Source: a virus (taxonomy: Duplodnaviria; Caudoviricetes). From it: 64,000 nucleotides of DNA. The DNA is taken from positions 128,001-192,000 of IMG/VR virus record IMGVR_UViG_3300027917_000018; one strand, written 5' to 3'. This document shows, one piece after another, positions 18,094 through 27,260 of this stretch. A program made the position numbers and the translations under genes. Numbering within the stretch: position 1 is the stretch's first letter; every line of letters begins with the position of its first letter. A model generated the notes under the pieces. The model was not told the DNA's origin, did not search any database, and was given only the letters and a program-made list of their open reading frames with translations.

Positions 18094-18816
18094 ATGATTG
18101 CGATTACAGAAAGGATTATCGGCGGGTCGACGGACCAGAACGTGCGGCTCCAAACTGCCGGGCTGTCCCGGCCCATGTCGATCGGAACCGACTGGACCAA
18201 AATCCGTGTGGGCATCCGCTACGCGTTTAATCTTGGCACGTACACAGGCAGCCTGTCGGGCACGCCCAGGTTTGGTTTTGGCATCTGCGCGAATGCCCAG
18301 TACGAGATTTTCAGCTACACGAACGTTTCCCACATGTTTGGCATTTTGAGCAATGCCACCACGATGACTCCTGGGTTGTCCGGTTCTGAGTACGCGATAA
18401 CGGTAGGCGGCGGTGGCATTCTTTTGGCGGACAAGGTGGGAAGCACGATCACCACAGGGTCGGGATCACTTTCGGCGGGCACGGCGCTTTCGGCGTCGCC
18501 GCAGGATGGCCGAAGCTGTCTGTGGCTCCAAATTCAAAAAGGAAGCCCCAACTTCACCTGCGACATGTGCTATCCGGGAAGTGCGGCACCGGCAGTGATC
18601 GACTTGAGTGAGTCCGAGTTTTTCCTGGGCATGGAAACTGATCCGGGCAGCATTCCCGCTTTGAGCGGTAATTTCTCGGGCTACCAGTCCAGAACTGCTA
18701 TTGCCCACGCCTTGGATGAGGCGGCCAACGGCTATTTTAACGGTGTCTGGATCGACTGGAATAGGACAACCTGGTCGGTCGAGGTTTCGGACGTAGCCGT
18801 TTACAAGGTGTCCTAG
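18094..18816 (+). CDS. Paralog family member 2
   Basis: WTKIRVGIRY ... LDEAANGYFNGVWIDW. Confidence 0.65.
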   Translation: MIAITERIIGGSTDQNVRLQTAGLSRPMSIGTDWTKIRVGIRYAFNLGTYTGSLSGTPRFGFGICANAQYEIFSYTNVSHMFGILSNATTMTPGLSGSEYAITVGGGGILLADKVGSTITTGSGSLSAGTALSASPQDGRSCLWLQIQKGSPNFTCDMCYPGSAAPAVIDLSESEFFLGMETDPGSIPALSGNFSGYQSRTAIAHALDEAANGYFNGVWIDWNRTTWSVEVSDVAVYKVS

Positions 18817-18839
18817 CGGGCCAGTGTAGTTAGGGGCGT

Positions 18840-19346
18840 ATGAAGACAAAACTAGCTTCGACCCTACTGGCGCTGATTGTCGCAGTATCAGCGATTTCGT
18901 TTACGACGGGATGCCGGACTACCAACCCGGACACGGGTGAAGTGGTCTTTGATCCTGTGCGCACTGAGAAAGTTCAGGCCGCGATCAAGCCCGCTATCGC
19001 GACGGGTGTCTTGATCGGCATTCGCCAGGAAGCCCAGGCTGCCACGGCTTTTGTCCTGGCGGAGCAGGTCTTGCAGGACCTGGTAGGCCAGCGGCAGATT
19101 GACCCAACGGTGGTCAACGACGCCCTGATAAAACTGAACCTGGCCGCCCTGCAAAGCCAGGACGCCAAGCTTGCGGCCCAGGTCGGCATCAACACCATGC
19201 TGGCCCTGTACAATGCGGCGGTGGCGGATCGCGTTCAGGCAGACATCGCCGAGGACCAGTACCTGTACGCCATTTTGCAGACTCTGGCCGACGGCGTCTC
19301 GATGGGACTGACCCAGGCCAAAGAGGCGGGCTTAATCTCGCCATAA
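18840..19346 (+). CDS. Lipoprotein-like helical protein
   Basis: Signal peptide ending FTTG-C; ATG 7 nt after TAGTTA. Confidence 0.65.
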   Translation: MKTKLASTLLALIVAVSAISFTTGCRTTNPDTGEVVFDPVRTEKVQAAIKPAIATGVLIGIRQEAQAATAFVLAEQVLQDLVGQRQIDPTVVNDALIKLNLAALQSQDAKLAAQVGINTMLALYNAAVADRVQADIAEDQYLYAILQTLADGVSMGLTQAKEAGLISP

Positions 19347-19369
19347 GGCTTTAGCTGGCCATAGGTACC

Positions 19370-19401
19370 AAGGGGCGGCCTTCTTGTTTGGGCCGCCCCT
19401 T
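19370..19401. terminator. GC-rich hairpin, probable intrinsic terminator
   Basis: AAGGGGCGGCC / GGCCGCCCCTT 11-bp stem, 10-nt loop, intergenic. Confidence 0.6.
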
Positions 19402-19436
19402 GTATTTAGGGTGGCGACTATCGCCGTCGAAAAACT

Positions 19437-19823
19437 ATGAATACGACAAAAGCACTGAAATGGGCGGTTTTTTGCGTGTTGACTCTTCCCGTGCTCCTAT
19501 TCGCGCAGGACGAGACCCCACTCGCCGAGCTGCCTAAAAGCACGCAGGAGTTTTGGGTCCTGGGCATCGCTGTTGTTTCCCCGCTGATCGTTCAGGGGAT
19601 CAAGTGGGCGGTTCCCAAGATTCCGAAGCTTCTGCTACCAAGCGTCACACCCTTCATCGGCATGGCTTTGGGCTATGGGCTGAATGCCCTGGGCACGGCT
19701 GACCTGGGATGGGTGGATGCTGCGCAAGCGGGCGCTCTGGCCGTCTTCGTTCGCGAGGTCGTCAACCAAGCGGTGAAGTCTCGGCAGGCGGCTGACACAC
19801 CGGCCCAGCCTCCTTCTGGCTAG
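19437..19823 (+). CDS. Small multi-pass membrane protein (holin-like)
   Basis: Several hydrophobic segments in 128 aa, charged C-terminus. Confidence 0.5.
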   Translation: MNTTKALKWAVFCVLTLPVLLFAQDETPLAELPKSTQEFWVLGIAVVSPLIVQGIKWAVPKIPKLLLPSVTPFIGMALGYGLNALGTADLGWVDAAQAGALAVFVREVVNQAVKSRQAADTPAQPPSG

Positions 19824-20853
19824 GGATTTCAACTGAACCTTCATCCTCCCCTGCGGGTGGCTCATCCGCAGGGGATTTTCGTTTACGGTCTGTTCGGTTC
19901 AATTCATCGGCGAGGCTGTACTGCCTGATCTTGTTGTAAAGCGTTTGTCGCCCGATCCGCAGCCGCTGCGCTGCGTGCTTGATGTTGCCGTGGCAGCCTT
20001 GGATGGCCTCGATGATAAGCCTGCGCTCCGCCAGCTCAATCGGCCCCAGTGTATGGCCCTGTTCCGCCTTTTCCTGCGCCGTTTTGTCGAGGGCAGCCTG
20101 GGCGACCGGAGGGCTGAATCCGTCGGGCGGTAGGGAGTGTCGGTAGCCCAAAGCCAGCACGCGTTGTATTTCGTTCTCCAACTGCCGGACGTTGCCAGGC
20201 CATTCGTAAGCCAGTAGAGCTTCCTTGGCTTCCTTACCGAGGTAGACGGGTTCGGTAACAGCCTGTTCCTTAGCGTACCAATTGAGAAACGTTTCGGCCA
20301 GGGGCAGAATGTCATTTCTTCGATTGCGCAGCCGGGGCAGAAAAAGCGTGACGGCACCGATGCGGTAGTAAAGGTCAGGACGTAAACGTTTTTGTTCGAG
20401 CAGCATTTCTGGCAGGTTGCTCACGGCGCAAATCAGCCGAAAGTTAATGGCGTCCTCCTTGGTGCTCCCGACGCGTCGGACTTTCCTTTCCTGAAGGACC
20501 CGCAGCAGCTTTGACTGTGCTCCCAGCGGCATTTCGCTCAGCTCGTCCAGGAAGAGGGTGCCGCCATCCGCTGCCCCGATCAGGCCCGTGCGGTCGTTGC
20601 TGGCCCCAGTGTAGGCACCACGGGCCGCGCCGAACAGCTCGCTCTCGACGAGGTCTTTGGGCAATGCCGCGCAGTTGACACAGATCATCGGCTGTTTGCG
20701 CCGAGGGCTGTTCTCATGGATATGGCGTGCAACGACTTCCTTGCCCGTTCCGGTCTCGCCGCAGAGCAGGATGGGAATGCCGCTGGCAGCAATCTGGTTG
20801 CAGGTGGCTACCAGAGCTTGCATTGCTGAACTGGCGAATACGGGCTTGTACAT
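19762..20853 (-). CDS. Sigma54-interacting AAA+ enhancer-binding protein with Fis-type HTH, no sensory domain
   Basis: GETGTGKE Walker A, ESELFG..RGAYTGA (GAFTGA-like loop), FLDEL Walker B, WPGNVRQLEN, HTH AAQRLRIGRQTLYNK. Confidence 0.85.
   Translation of the reverse strand: MYKPVFASSAMQALVATCNQIAASGIPILLCGETGTGKEVVARHIHENSPRRKQPMICVNCAALPKDLVESELFGAARGAYTGASNDRTGLIGAADGGTLFLDELSEMPLGAQSKLLRVLQERKVRRVGSTKEDAINFRLICAVSNLPEMLLEQKRLRPDLYYRIGAVTLFLPRLRNRRNDILPLAETFLNWYAKEQAVTEPVYLGKEAKEALLAYEWPGNVRQLENEIQRVLALGYRHSLPPDGFSPPVAQAALDKTAQEKAEQGHTLGPIELAERRLIIEAIQGCHGNIKHAAQRLRIGRQTLYNKIRQYSLADELNRTDRKRKSPADEPPAGEDEGSVEIPSQKEAGPVCQPPAETSPLG
19847..19883 (+). terminator. Rho-independent terminator
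   Basis: TCCCCTGCGG / CCGCAGGGGA stem followed by TTTTCGTTT where convergent genes meet (overlaps tail of the 19762 ORF). Confidence 0.65.
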
Positions 20854-20860
20854 AGGTTAA

Positions 20861-21313
20861 ATGATACCGCGAGACGTTTTCTACGATCGACTCGGCAAGC
20901 ACTGCCAGCAGTGTGAGCACTGGGCCAACGTCTGCCTTAAGGGCCATGCGTCCAGCTCGCCGGAGGGCTGCCCGATCTACAAGTTTCCGCCGATCCAGGG
21001 AGCCCAATACGCGTCCGTGCGCGAAGCCCCGTCGCCACCGGCCTTCGCCAATTGCTGCGGTAACACTATCCAAGAACTGGAACCGTTAACCTGGCCGCAA
21101 GTTTTGGCGCATTTTGCCGAATCCATGACGAAGTGGATCGCGTCGGGAATGAAGGTCGTCAAGAAGGACACGCACATGAGCCGCTACGGCACCTGCAAGC
21201 TCAACACGTGCGGGGAATTCCGGGATTTCTACTGCCACCACTGTAAGTGCATCGCTTACTGCAAGGCCAAGCTGGCGACGGAAACGTGCCCGAAGAAGCT
21301 CTGGCCTACATGA
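20861..21313 (+). CDS. Cys-rich metal-binding hypothetical protein
   Basis: CQQCEHW, GCPIYKF, CHHCKCIAYCKAKLATETCPKKLW. Confidence 0.65.
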   Translation: MIPRDVFYDRLGKHCQQCEHWANVCLKGHASSSPEGCPIYKFPPIQGAQYASVREAPSPPAFANCCGNTIQELEPLTWPQVLAHFAESMTKWIASGMKVVKKDTHMSRYGTCKLNTCGEFRDFYCHHCKCIAYCKAKLATETCPKKLWPT

Positions 21314-22061
21314 CTTCGAGCTGGGTGCCGTCTTCCGTCGGGCTGATGTAGATTTCGCCGTAGGAATGAGCAGCTGCCGTGAGCCGCTCGCCCGCCTCTT
21401 CATCGTCCGTGAAATCGCCATCCCAAAAGCCAGCGCCGTGGCCGTTGCGGGTTAGCCAGAAGTCGTGCCCGGCCCGTGACGGATCGCCTTCGATGTCCCG
21501 CCAGTTTTTCTTCCAGAAGTCTTCGCATTCAGCCCGGAGCGTCTCTCGGGCCGCGTCGGTGAAGTCCCCGGTGTCGTAATCACGGTCCAGTGGGTGGCCG
21601 TGGCCTTCAGGGTCAACGGCGTCGTTGTTGCTGCTCCAGATGGCTGTCTCCAAGTATTGCTCGAAGAATTCTTCGGGCATTTCGGGCACGTGCGGGGCGT
21701 GCTTTTTGAGAAACTCACGGGGCGTTTCGGCCTCTACGACATCGCTGATTTCCCCGACGCCATGTCCGGTTGAGCTGACGAGAAAGATTTTGTTTACAGA
21801 AGGGCCTATAAGCCTTGGGTAGCCAAGCGGCTTGCCTAAGAGATTGTGGGCAATGCTCTTGGCGTCCTTGTAATCTCGTGTCGACCCATTGTCCGGCGTT
21901 CCACGGCCCCAATACCAGTGGGGTATGCCGTAGGTCCAGTAATAGGGAGTGCCTTCAGCCACACCGACCAGGAAAAACCGTGGATTGCGAAACTTGTGCT
22001 TGAGCAAGTCCCTGGGCGATTCCCCGGCCAATCCGTCGATGATAGCCCGTGCCCGGCTCAT
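21306..22061 (-). CDS. Two-module tagged protein
   Basis: MSRARAIIDGLAGESPRDLLK leader (ATG 22061), internal EAETPREFLKKHAP, module AGHDFWLTRNGHGAGFWDGD. Confidence 0.7.
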   Translation of the reverse strand: MSRARAIIDGLAGESPRDLLKHKFRNPRFFLVGVAEGTPYYWTYGIPHWYWGRGTPDNGSTRDYKDAKSIAHNLLGKPLGYPRLIGPSVNKIFLVSSTGHGVGEISDVVEAETPREFLKKHAPHVPEMPEEFFEQYLETAIWSSNNDAVDPEGHGHPLDRDYDTGDFTDAARETLRAECEDFWKKNWRDIEGDPSRAGHDFWLTRNGHGAGFWDGDFTDDEEAGERLTAAAHSYGEIYISPTEDGTQLEVM

Positions 22062-23068
22062 AGGTCGCGCTCCCGCTTTACGTCGTGGGCGTAGTAGTCC
22101 AGCTTGAAGCCCATCTTTTGCGCCAGCCGCCACGGCGCTTCTTCGCGGGTCTCTGGCGGAAGGTAGCCCCTGTGGCGCAGCCAGTCGAAGGCGCGGGTCA
22201 GGTAGTGGTCGCCGTAGCCTCCGGCCATCGGGAGCGTGTGAACCAACTCGCCGTTTACATAAATGTCCGCCGTGTTGTAGGTGTTGCCATAGGTTCGGCG
22301 AAACCACCGCCTGCCGATGACGGCGACTTCGCGCAGGACAAAGTGCTTTTTCAGAAGGTCGCGGGCCGACACCGCCTCCTGTTGGGGCCTGGGCGGCAGT
22401 AGCGGCGCAAAGATGTTTACGAACTGCTCCTTCGGGAGAAGCCGCGACATCATGCTCATCAGGTCATAAATGTCGCCCAGCGGGATTGGCTTTTCGCCGG
22501 ATATGTCGTACCAGACCTTGTCCTTTTTCTCCCAAAAAGAGCCGCCGGATGGCAGATCGATGCGCCGCCCGGTCCATTCAGTCTTGCGCTTGAAAAACTC
22601 ACGAGGATTCACGGCCTCGACGACTTTGGGCCTGGTCTGCTCACGCGGCCAGAGCACGATGCGCCATTCACGAGGCCCGGCTACGCCGTCCACCCTACCG
22701 CTTCGCTGGCCTTTGCTGGCGTTGGGATACATTTTTGAGGTGTACCTGTGCATTTCGTCGGCGATGACCTGCTCTTCCTCATCCGTGAAATCCAGCAAGT
22801 CGGGATGGTTGGGATACCGCTGGAAGGTCTGCTCGAAGCCTAAAGCGTCTTCCACATCGTTGAGCAAACCGTACTCGCCGTCTTGTGGGAACACCGAGCC
22901 GTCGTCCCCAATGCCGACGGGCACGTATTCGGTCTGGTCATCGTCCATCATCGGCGGCTTACGGATCGCCAGATAGTAGCCTTCTCCGCCAGGTGGCAGC
23001 AGACGCGGCAGCCGCTTGATAATGGATCGCGGGCTCTCAGCCTCAATGATGTCGCGTGCCCGGCTCAT
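22058..23068 (-). CDS. Three-module tagged protein
   Basis: MSRARDIIEAESPR leader; internal EAVNPREFFKR and EAVSARDLLKK; last module GRRWFRRTYGNTY. Confidence 0.7.
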   Translation of the reverse strand: MSRARDIIEAESPRSIIKRLPRLLPPGGEGYYLAIRKPPMMDDDQTEYVPVGIGDDGSVFPQDGEYGLLNDVEDALGFEQTFQRYPNHPDLLDFTDEEEQVIADEMHRYTSKMYPNASKGQRSGRVDGVAGPREWRIVLWPREQTRPKVVEAVNPREFFKRKTEWTGRRIDLPSGGSFWEKKDKVWYDISGEKPIPLGDIYDLMSMMSRLLPKEQFVNIFAPLLPPRPQQEAVSARDLLKKHFVLREVAVIGRRWFRRTYGNTYNTADIYVNGELVHTLPMAGGYGDHYLTRAFDWLRHRGYLPPETREEAPWRLAQKMGFKLDYYAHDVKRERDL

Positions 23069-23304
23069 TTTTGAGCGTAAGCCTTTTTGATCGCGTCCGG
23101 CGGATCGGCGGCCATGAGGCGCATGGTGCTGCCATCGTCGAAGGTGACGATGTGCATGACTTCGGGCATCAAGTCCGAAGCGGGCGTGTTGGGCTGGGCG
23201 ACCTCGGCGCTTACGGGCCGCCTGGCGCGGCGGGCCGCCTGGCTAAAGCGCTTGATTTTGTCCCGAGCGGACTCAGCCTCCAGGATGGTGCGCGCACGGC
23301 TCAT
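23065..23304 (-). CDS. Small tagged protein (MSRARTILEAESARD)
   Basis: Shared leader; ATGA-coupled. Confidence 0.6.
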   Translation of the reverse strand: MSRARTILEAESARDKIKRFSQAARRARRPVSAEVAQPNTPASDLMPEVMHIVTFDDGSTMRLMAADPPDAIKKAYAQK

Positions 23305-23549
23305 TTCCACTTTCCTGGCGTCAGCAGCTTCATGCGCTCGATCGCCTGGATCAGTTCCTCGGGGTCTAGGTTTTCACCAAGCGCTTCGAGCCACGACCGG
23401 ATGCGCTCCCGGTAGTCGGGATTTTTGCCTTTCCAGACCGGCCAGTTGTTCATCCAATCATGCCGTCCGATGACCTGTTCAACGAAGTCGGCAGCGAGGT
23501 CTTCAGCCTCGCTGATGCGCGGCGGGTGATAGTGGAGTGTAGGGTCCAT
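23301..23549 (-). CDS. Hypothetical protein
   Basis: ATGA overlap with downstream ORF; start uncertain. Confidence 0.45.
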   Translation of the reverse strand: MDPTLHYHPPRISEAEDLAADFVEQVIGRHDWMNNWPVWKGKNPDYRERIRSWLEALGENLDPEELIQAIERMKLLTPGKWK

Positions 23550-23563
23550 CTGTAGGTACATAC

Positions 23564-24001
23564 GTGAGCGGCGAGGCACAGACTTGCCCAAGGCGAATGC
23601 AGGAAGTAGGGCCTTGGAAGAAGGCAGAAAACGTGGACTCATGGGAAGCCCGCGACGGCCACCGCTTTTGCTCATTCTGCGGGTGCCTTCACCCGGACGA
23701 GTTCCTGGAGATGGCCGAGTCGGGCGAGCAAATTATCCCGACCGACAAGAGCTACAAGGTCTATGTAAGAACAATGGGCACAGGTGTTTGCAGCATGTGC
23801 CGTGGCTCGGGCAAAATGGAGGATGGCCGCAAGTGCCCTGTATGCCAGGATGGTCGAGCCTGGAGCGGCCCGCAGCTCAAAGCCTATTTTCAGCACTTTA
23901 GCGAGGAGCAGGCTCAGCGGTTCACACGGTTGCACAATGAGAGACGGCTGATCATGGCGCATCCTGGTCACTTTTACGTGAAGCCGTTCTTCTGGAAGTA
24001 G
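23564..24001 (+). CDS. Zn-finger hypothetical protein
   Basis: CSFCGCLHP, IPTDKSYKVYV, CSMCRGSG..CPVCQDG (DnaJ-like CxxCxGxG). Confidence 0.6.
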   Translation: MSGEAQTCPRRMQEVGPWKKAENVDSWEARDGHRFCSFCGCLHPDEFLEMAESGEQIIPTDKSYKVYVRTMGTGVCSMCRGSGKMEDGRKCPVCQDGRAWSGPQLKAYFQHFSEEQAQRFTRLHNERRLIMAHPGHFYVKPFFWK

Positions 24002-24003
24002 AC

Positions 24004-24789
24004 ATGGCAGCGAACCCTTGTGGCATTTTACAGGCACTGGTCGCGTGGCAGATGTCCGTCATCGCCTCGCTGAACAAGAAATTTGCCGCGCTTCAGCGCC
24101 TGACTGAGCTGTTGGAGCAGCTGGGCGACATCTCCAACGCCCTGCCCGCCAGCCTCGATGAGCTGGTGCCGGTCATCGACATCGACCTCGACGTTTACAC
24201 GGCGCTTCAGGTCAACTGTCCTTTCCTGAACCTGCCACCGGCCACGACCGAGGACCTCAACGCGCTGAGAAGCCGCGTAAATGCGGCCTACGCGCTCCTG
24301 GCGCGGGACATCCTGAAGCATCCCTGGATCAGAATGAACAAGGTTCAGGCCATGCTCAACGACTATCAGCAGAAGGTCAATTACCCGTACGGTGAGGACT
24401 ACATCCGCTGCTTGAACAGCGTATGTGCGGCGATCGGTGCCGTGGGCGGCTTTCTCTCCAACATGAGCCAGGTCAACATCGTGAGCGAGCTGGCCAACTT
24501 TGGAGAGAACTTCGTGCGAAACAGCGGACGCGTGCTTTCGGACGCGGCCAAGATCAAGGCCGAAGATGCACTCGACGTTTACAACGGCCTGCTGGACCTG
24601 CGGGACGATACGCTCCAGGACTTCCAGCAGCCCGGCTCGCCGCAGCGGCCTCCGTTGCGCCTGGGCCGTTACGAGGAGCCCGATTTCACTTTCCAGGACG
24701 ATGCGTGGCGCACGAGTTTCCCCGATGGTTTTCCGTCTGGCGCGATTACCAACGTGGGCAGCGTGATACCGCCGTCGGCGCAGCAATAA
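24004..24789 (+). CDS. Hypothetical protein
   Basis: 261-aa ORF in gene-dense plus-strand run. Confidence 0.6.
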   Translation: MAANPCGILQALVAWQMSVIASLNKKFAALQRLTELLEQLGDISNALPASLDELVPVIDIDLDVYTALQVNCPFLNLPPATTEDLNALRSRVNAAYALLARDILKHPWIRMNKVQAMLNDYQQKVNYPYGEDYIRCLNSVCAAIGAVGGFLSNMSQVNIVSELANFGENFVRNSGRVLSDAAKIKAEDALDVYNGLLDLRDDTLQDFQQPGSPQRPPLRLGRYEEPDFTFQDDAWRTSFPDGFPSGAITNVGSVIPPSAQQ

Positions 24790-24790
24790 G

Positions 24791-25009
24791 TTGAACCGGT
24801 TGGAGAAACGAAATAAGGTAAACAGAATGAAGCATCCTGACGATGGAAAATTCGTGGTCGTACAGGGCAGCGAGCGGATGACCGGCACAATGGACGAAAG
24901 CGCGGCCAAGCAAGAGGCTGAGCGCTTGCGCAAGCTCCAGGAGGGCAAGCAGCAGGAAGGCCAGCCGCCCGCCGAGGCACCGAAAGTAGTGCAGAACCTT
25001 TACGGTTAA
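24791..25009 (+). CDS. Small hypothetical protein
   Basis: 72-aa ORF, start uncertain. Confidence 0.5.
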   Translation: MNRLEKRNKVNRMKHPDDGKFVVVQGSERMTGTMDESAAKQEAERLRKLQEGKQQEGQPPAEAPKVVQNLYG

Positions 25010-25024
25010 TCTGTTCTATGCTTT

Positions 25025-25756
25025 GTGCCCGCCCGACGAAAGAAGGCTAGACGGCCAAGAGAAGTTCAAGGCGCTCCGGTTCAAGCCGAGCAAGCGCCGC
25101 CGCAAGAAGCGCTGCCAGAAGCGCAGAACGTTAATCTTCCGGCCAGGCTACCGGTAGCTCAGCCCGGTGAGCCCAACATTCCCCGCAGTGCCGAGGATGT
25201 CGTGGCCAACGTCATCAACCGGCAGCTCCTCGACGAAATCGAGAATCCGCCTGAAGCCGACCCGCTCGATCCCGAAATTATCAGCCTCCAGGAAGTCCTG
25301 AAGGCCATCGATGAGGGGCGGCCCGTCGCGGAGCTGACGCCGTTGATTGCCCACGCCACCAGCGGCCAGGACCAGCTTGACACGCTTGTTTACACCCATT
25401 ACCGCCGGTACCGAGCTAAGAAGCTTTTGCGGTGGCTGGAGAACGACGCCCACGCAGATCGGTTCCTGAATCGGGCTTTCCGCCGTGGCGACTTGACGCC
25501 CGCCGAGGCCCTTGTCTTCAAGCGCCTGGCCCAGTCCGAAATCAAGGAGCAAGCCATGCAGATTCTAAACGAGCTTCGCGAAGGTGCCCCGACCGTCGCG
25601 CCGGAAGAGGCAGCCACGCGTATCGACTACAACCTCCATCAGACTTCGGATCGCACGGTCATTACCAAGACGTTTGAGAAGATGACGCCGCAGGGCCGCG
25701 AGATTGTGCGCAAGCTGATCTTTCGGGCTAGGACAAAACTGTTTACGAAAAAATGA
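25025..25756 (+). CDS. Hypothetical protein
   Basis: GTG 7 nt after TGTTCT motif; helical, basic N-terminus. Confidence 0.6.
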   Translation: MPARRKKARRPREVQGAPVQAEQAPPQEALPEAQNVNLPARLPVAQPGEPNIPRSAEDVVANVINRQLLDEIENPPEADPLDPEIISLQEVLKAIDEGRPVAELTPLIAHATSGQDQLDTLVYTHYRRYRAKKLLRWLENDAHADRFLNRAFRRGDLTPAEALVFKRLAQSEIKEQAMQILNELREGAPTVAPEEAATRIDYNLHQTSDRTVITKTFEKMTPQGREIVRKLIFRARTKLFTKK

Positions 25757-26061
25757 TCGCGACGCTGAGCAGTTTTACTCCGGTCAGCGATTCCACGGAC
25801 AGCACCTATTACTACTCGATTTCAAATTCCGAGCACACTGCTCCCGAGTTCCTGCCGGGTTTCTATTTGCTGCGTTACGTGGACAGGTATGCGTCGACGG
25901 ACGAAATCTATAAGCTGATCCATGCGGCAGAAATGCGCTGCCGTGATTTGAGCGGGCTTTATCGCACGCCGCGTAAACAATTTCCCCTTCGAGCGTTTCA
26001 GGCTCCCCGAGTGATTCGCCAGCCGTGCTGGTCCGCCAGGCGGTGGCGCTCCGTCACGTAA
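25753..26061 (+). CDS. Hypothetical protein
   Basis: ATGA-coupled 102-aa ORF. Confidence 0.4.
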   Translation: MIATLSSFTPVSDSTDSTYYYSISNSEHTAPEFLPGFYLLRYVDRYASTDEIYKLIHAAEMRCRDLSGLYRTPRKQFPLRAFQAPRVIRQPCWSARRWRSVT

Positions 26062-26076
26062 TCCGTTCTGTAAGGC

Positions 26077-26604
26077 ATGAGCACGCAGCCGCCAATCGTG
26101 GCGGTCATCGGCGCGCCGACGCTCGTGCCGCGCCTGGTGACCGCGTTGAAAGAGAAGGGCTACCACGACCCCATCGTGCCTGACGACACTGAGTTGCAGC
26201 ACGAGCCGTCGATGCGCAAGTTCCTGAGCTACGCCAGTCCCGACGTTTTGGTGATCGCGCAGGACCGTGTTAAGGCCGAGTCCGCGAGCATGGTTCAGGC
26301 ACTGCTGACCGGCATCTTCGCGTTCCAGTGTTCAATGGGACTGGCCAAGGTCGTTTTGCTGACCGGCGTATGGCCGGACCCTGAATTCTGGACGCTCGTC
26401 AACATCGGCCAGGTCATGATGAAGGAGGGCAAAATCACGCTCGGCTGGTACCTGAAGCACCCCAAAAGCCCGGCCATGCTCGACTGGGCGGAGGAGTCGG
26501 TTCTAGCAATGCGTGAGCTTTTACAGGCGCAAGAAGCGAACCAGAAAAGCGCCCAAGGCCAGGACCAAAAAGAGCAAGTGCGCAACGAAGTGGTGTCGCA
26601 ATGA
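26077..26604 (+). CDS. Hypothetical protein
   Basis: ATG 7 nt after CGTTCT motif. Confidence 0.6.
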   Translation: MSTQPPIVAVIGAPTLVPRLVTALKEKGYHDPIVPDDTELQHEPSMRKFLSYASPDVLVIAQDRVKAESASMVQALLTGIFAFQCSMGLAKVVLLTGVWPDPEFWTLVNIGQVMMKEGKITLGWYLKHPKSPAMLDWAEESVLAMRELLQAQEANQKSAQGQDQKEQVRNEVVSQ

Positions 26605-27007
26605 GCGGGCGGTCAACAATACGGGCCGCCTCCTGCGGCATTGCTGGAAATGCCGATCACGAATGCTCAAGGAGCGACACCCCGAGACCTACGCCCTTAA
26701 CGCGATGCGCCAACGCGCCAAGCAGCGCGGCATGCCGTTTACCATTACGCTCAGCGAGTGGCGGGAATTTTGTCGAAAGACCGGTTACCTCGAAAACAAA
26801 GGCAAGGAACCCGATTCCTACACGGTTGACCGGATCGACGACAGCAAGGGCTACCACATCTGGAACATCCGAATTTTGAGCCATGCCGAAAACAGCAGAG
26901 ACCAATACCGGAACTTCGAGCCGGGCGAAGAAAGAGAATTCGCCGACGAGGAGGACTTCAGCCAGGACGCCCCGGCGTACCAGCCAGAGCCAGGCGAGCC
27001 TTTTTAA
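26513..27007 (+). CDS. HNH-like endonuclease
   Basis: CxxxxC/CxxC Zn ligands, RAKQRGMPFTIT, YTVDRIDDSKGYHIWNIRILSHAEN. Confidence 0.55.
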   Translation: MSFYRRKKRTRKAPKARTKKSKCATKWCRNERAVNNTGRLLRHCWKCRSRMLKERHPETYALNAMRQRAKQRGMPFTITLSEWREFCRKTGYLENKGKEPDSYTVDRIDDSKGYHIWNIRILSHAENSRDQYRNFEPGEEREFADEEDFSQDAPAYQPEPGEPF

Positions 27008-27008
27008 G

Positions 27009-27260
27009 GTGCCAGAAAGCTTACGGATCGGCCAAAGCGAGGCTCAGGTCCTGGTCTTCGTTTACCAAAATCCAGGGCTGGACCTGGAGGAATGGCCGGA
27101 CCATGTGCGCCGCCTTCGTGCCGTGGAGAAGCTGCGCAAGGAGCGACGTATCACGCGGAAGTACTTCCCGACCCGTTATTACTTGAGCCGGTCAGGTTAC
27201 CCTGTGGCAAGTTGGATTGTACGGTTAAATGGCCTCCAGCAACACAAGTACGCGATCTAA
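27009..27260 (+). CDS. Small hypothetical (possible winged-helix) protein
   Basis: GTG 27009 after upstream stop; basic. Confidence 0.4.
   Translation: MPESLRIGQSEAQVLVFVYQNPGLDLEEWPDHVRRLRAVEKLRKERRITRKYFPTRYYLSRSGYPVASWIVRLNGLQQHKYAI

Noticed and set aside
19437-19823. Complete lysis cassette
   Set aside because: A holin-like gene and lipoproteins are present, but no endolysin motif was recognisable in this window.
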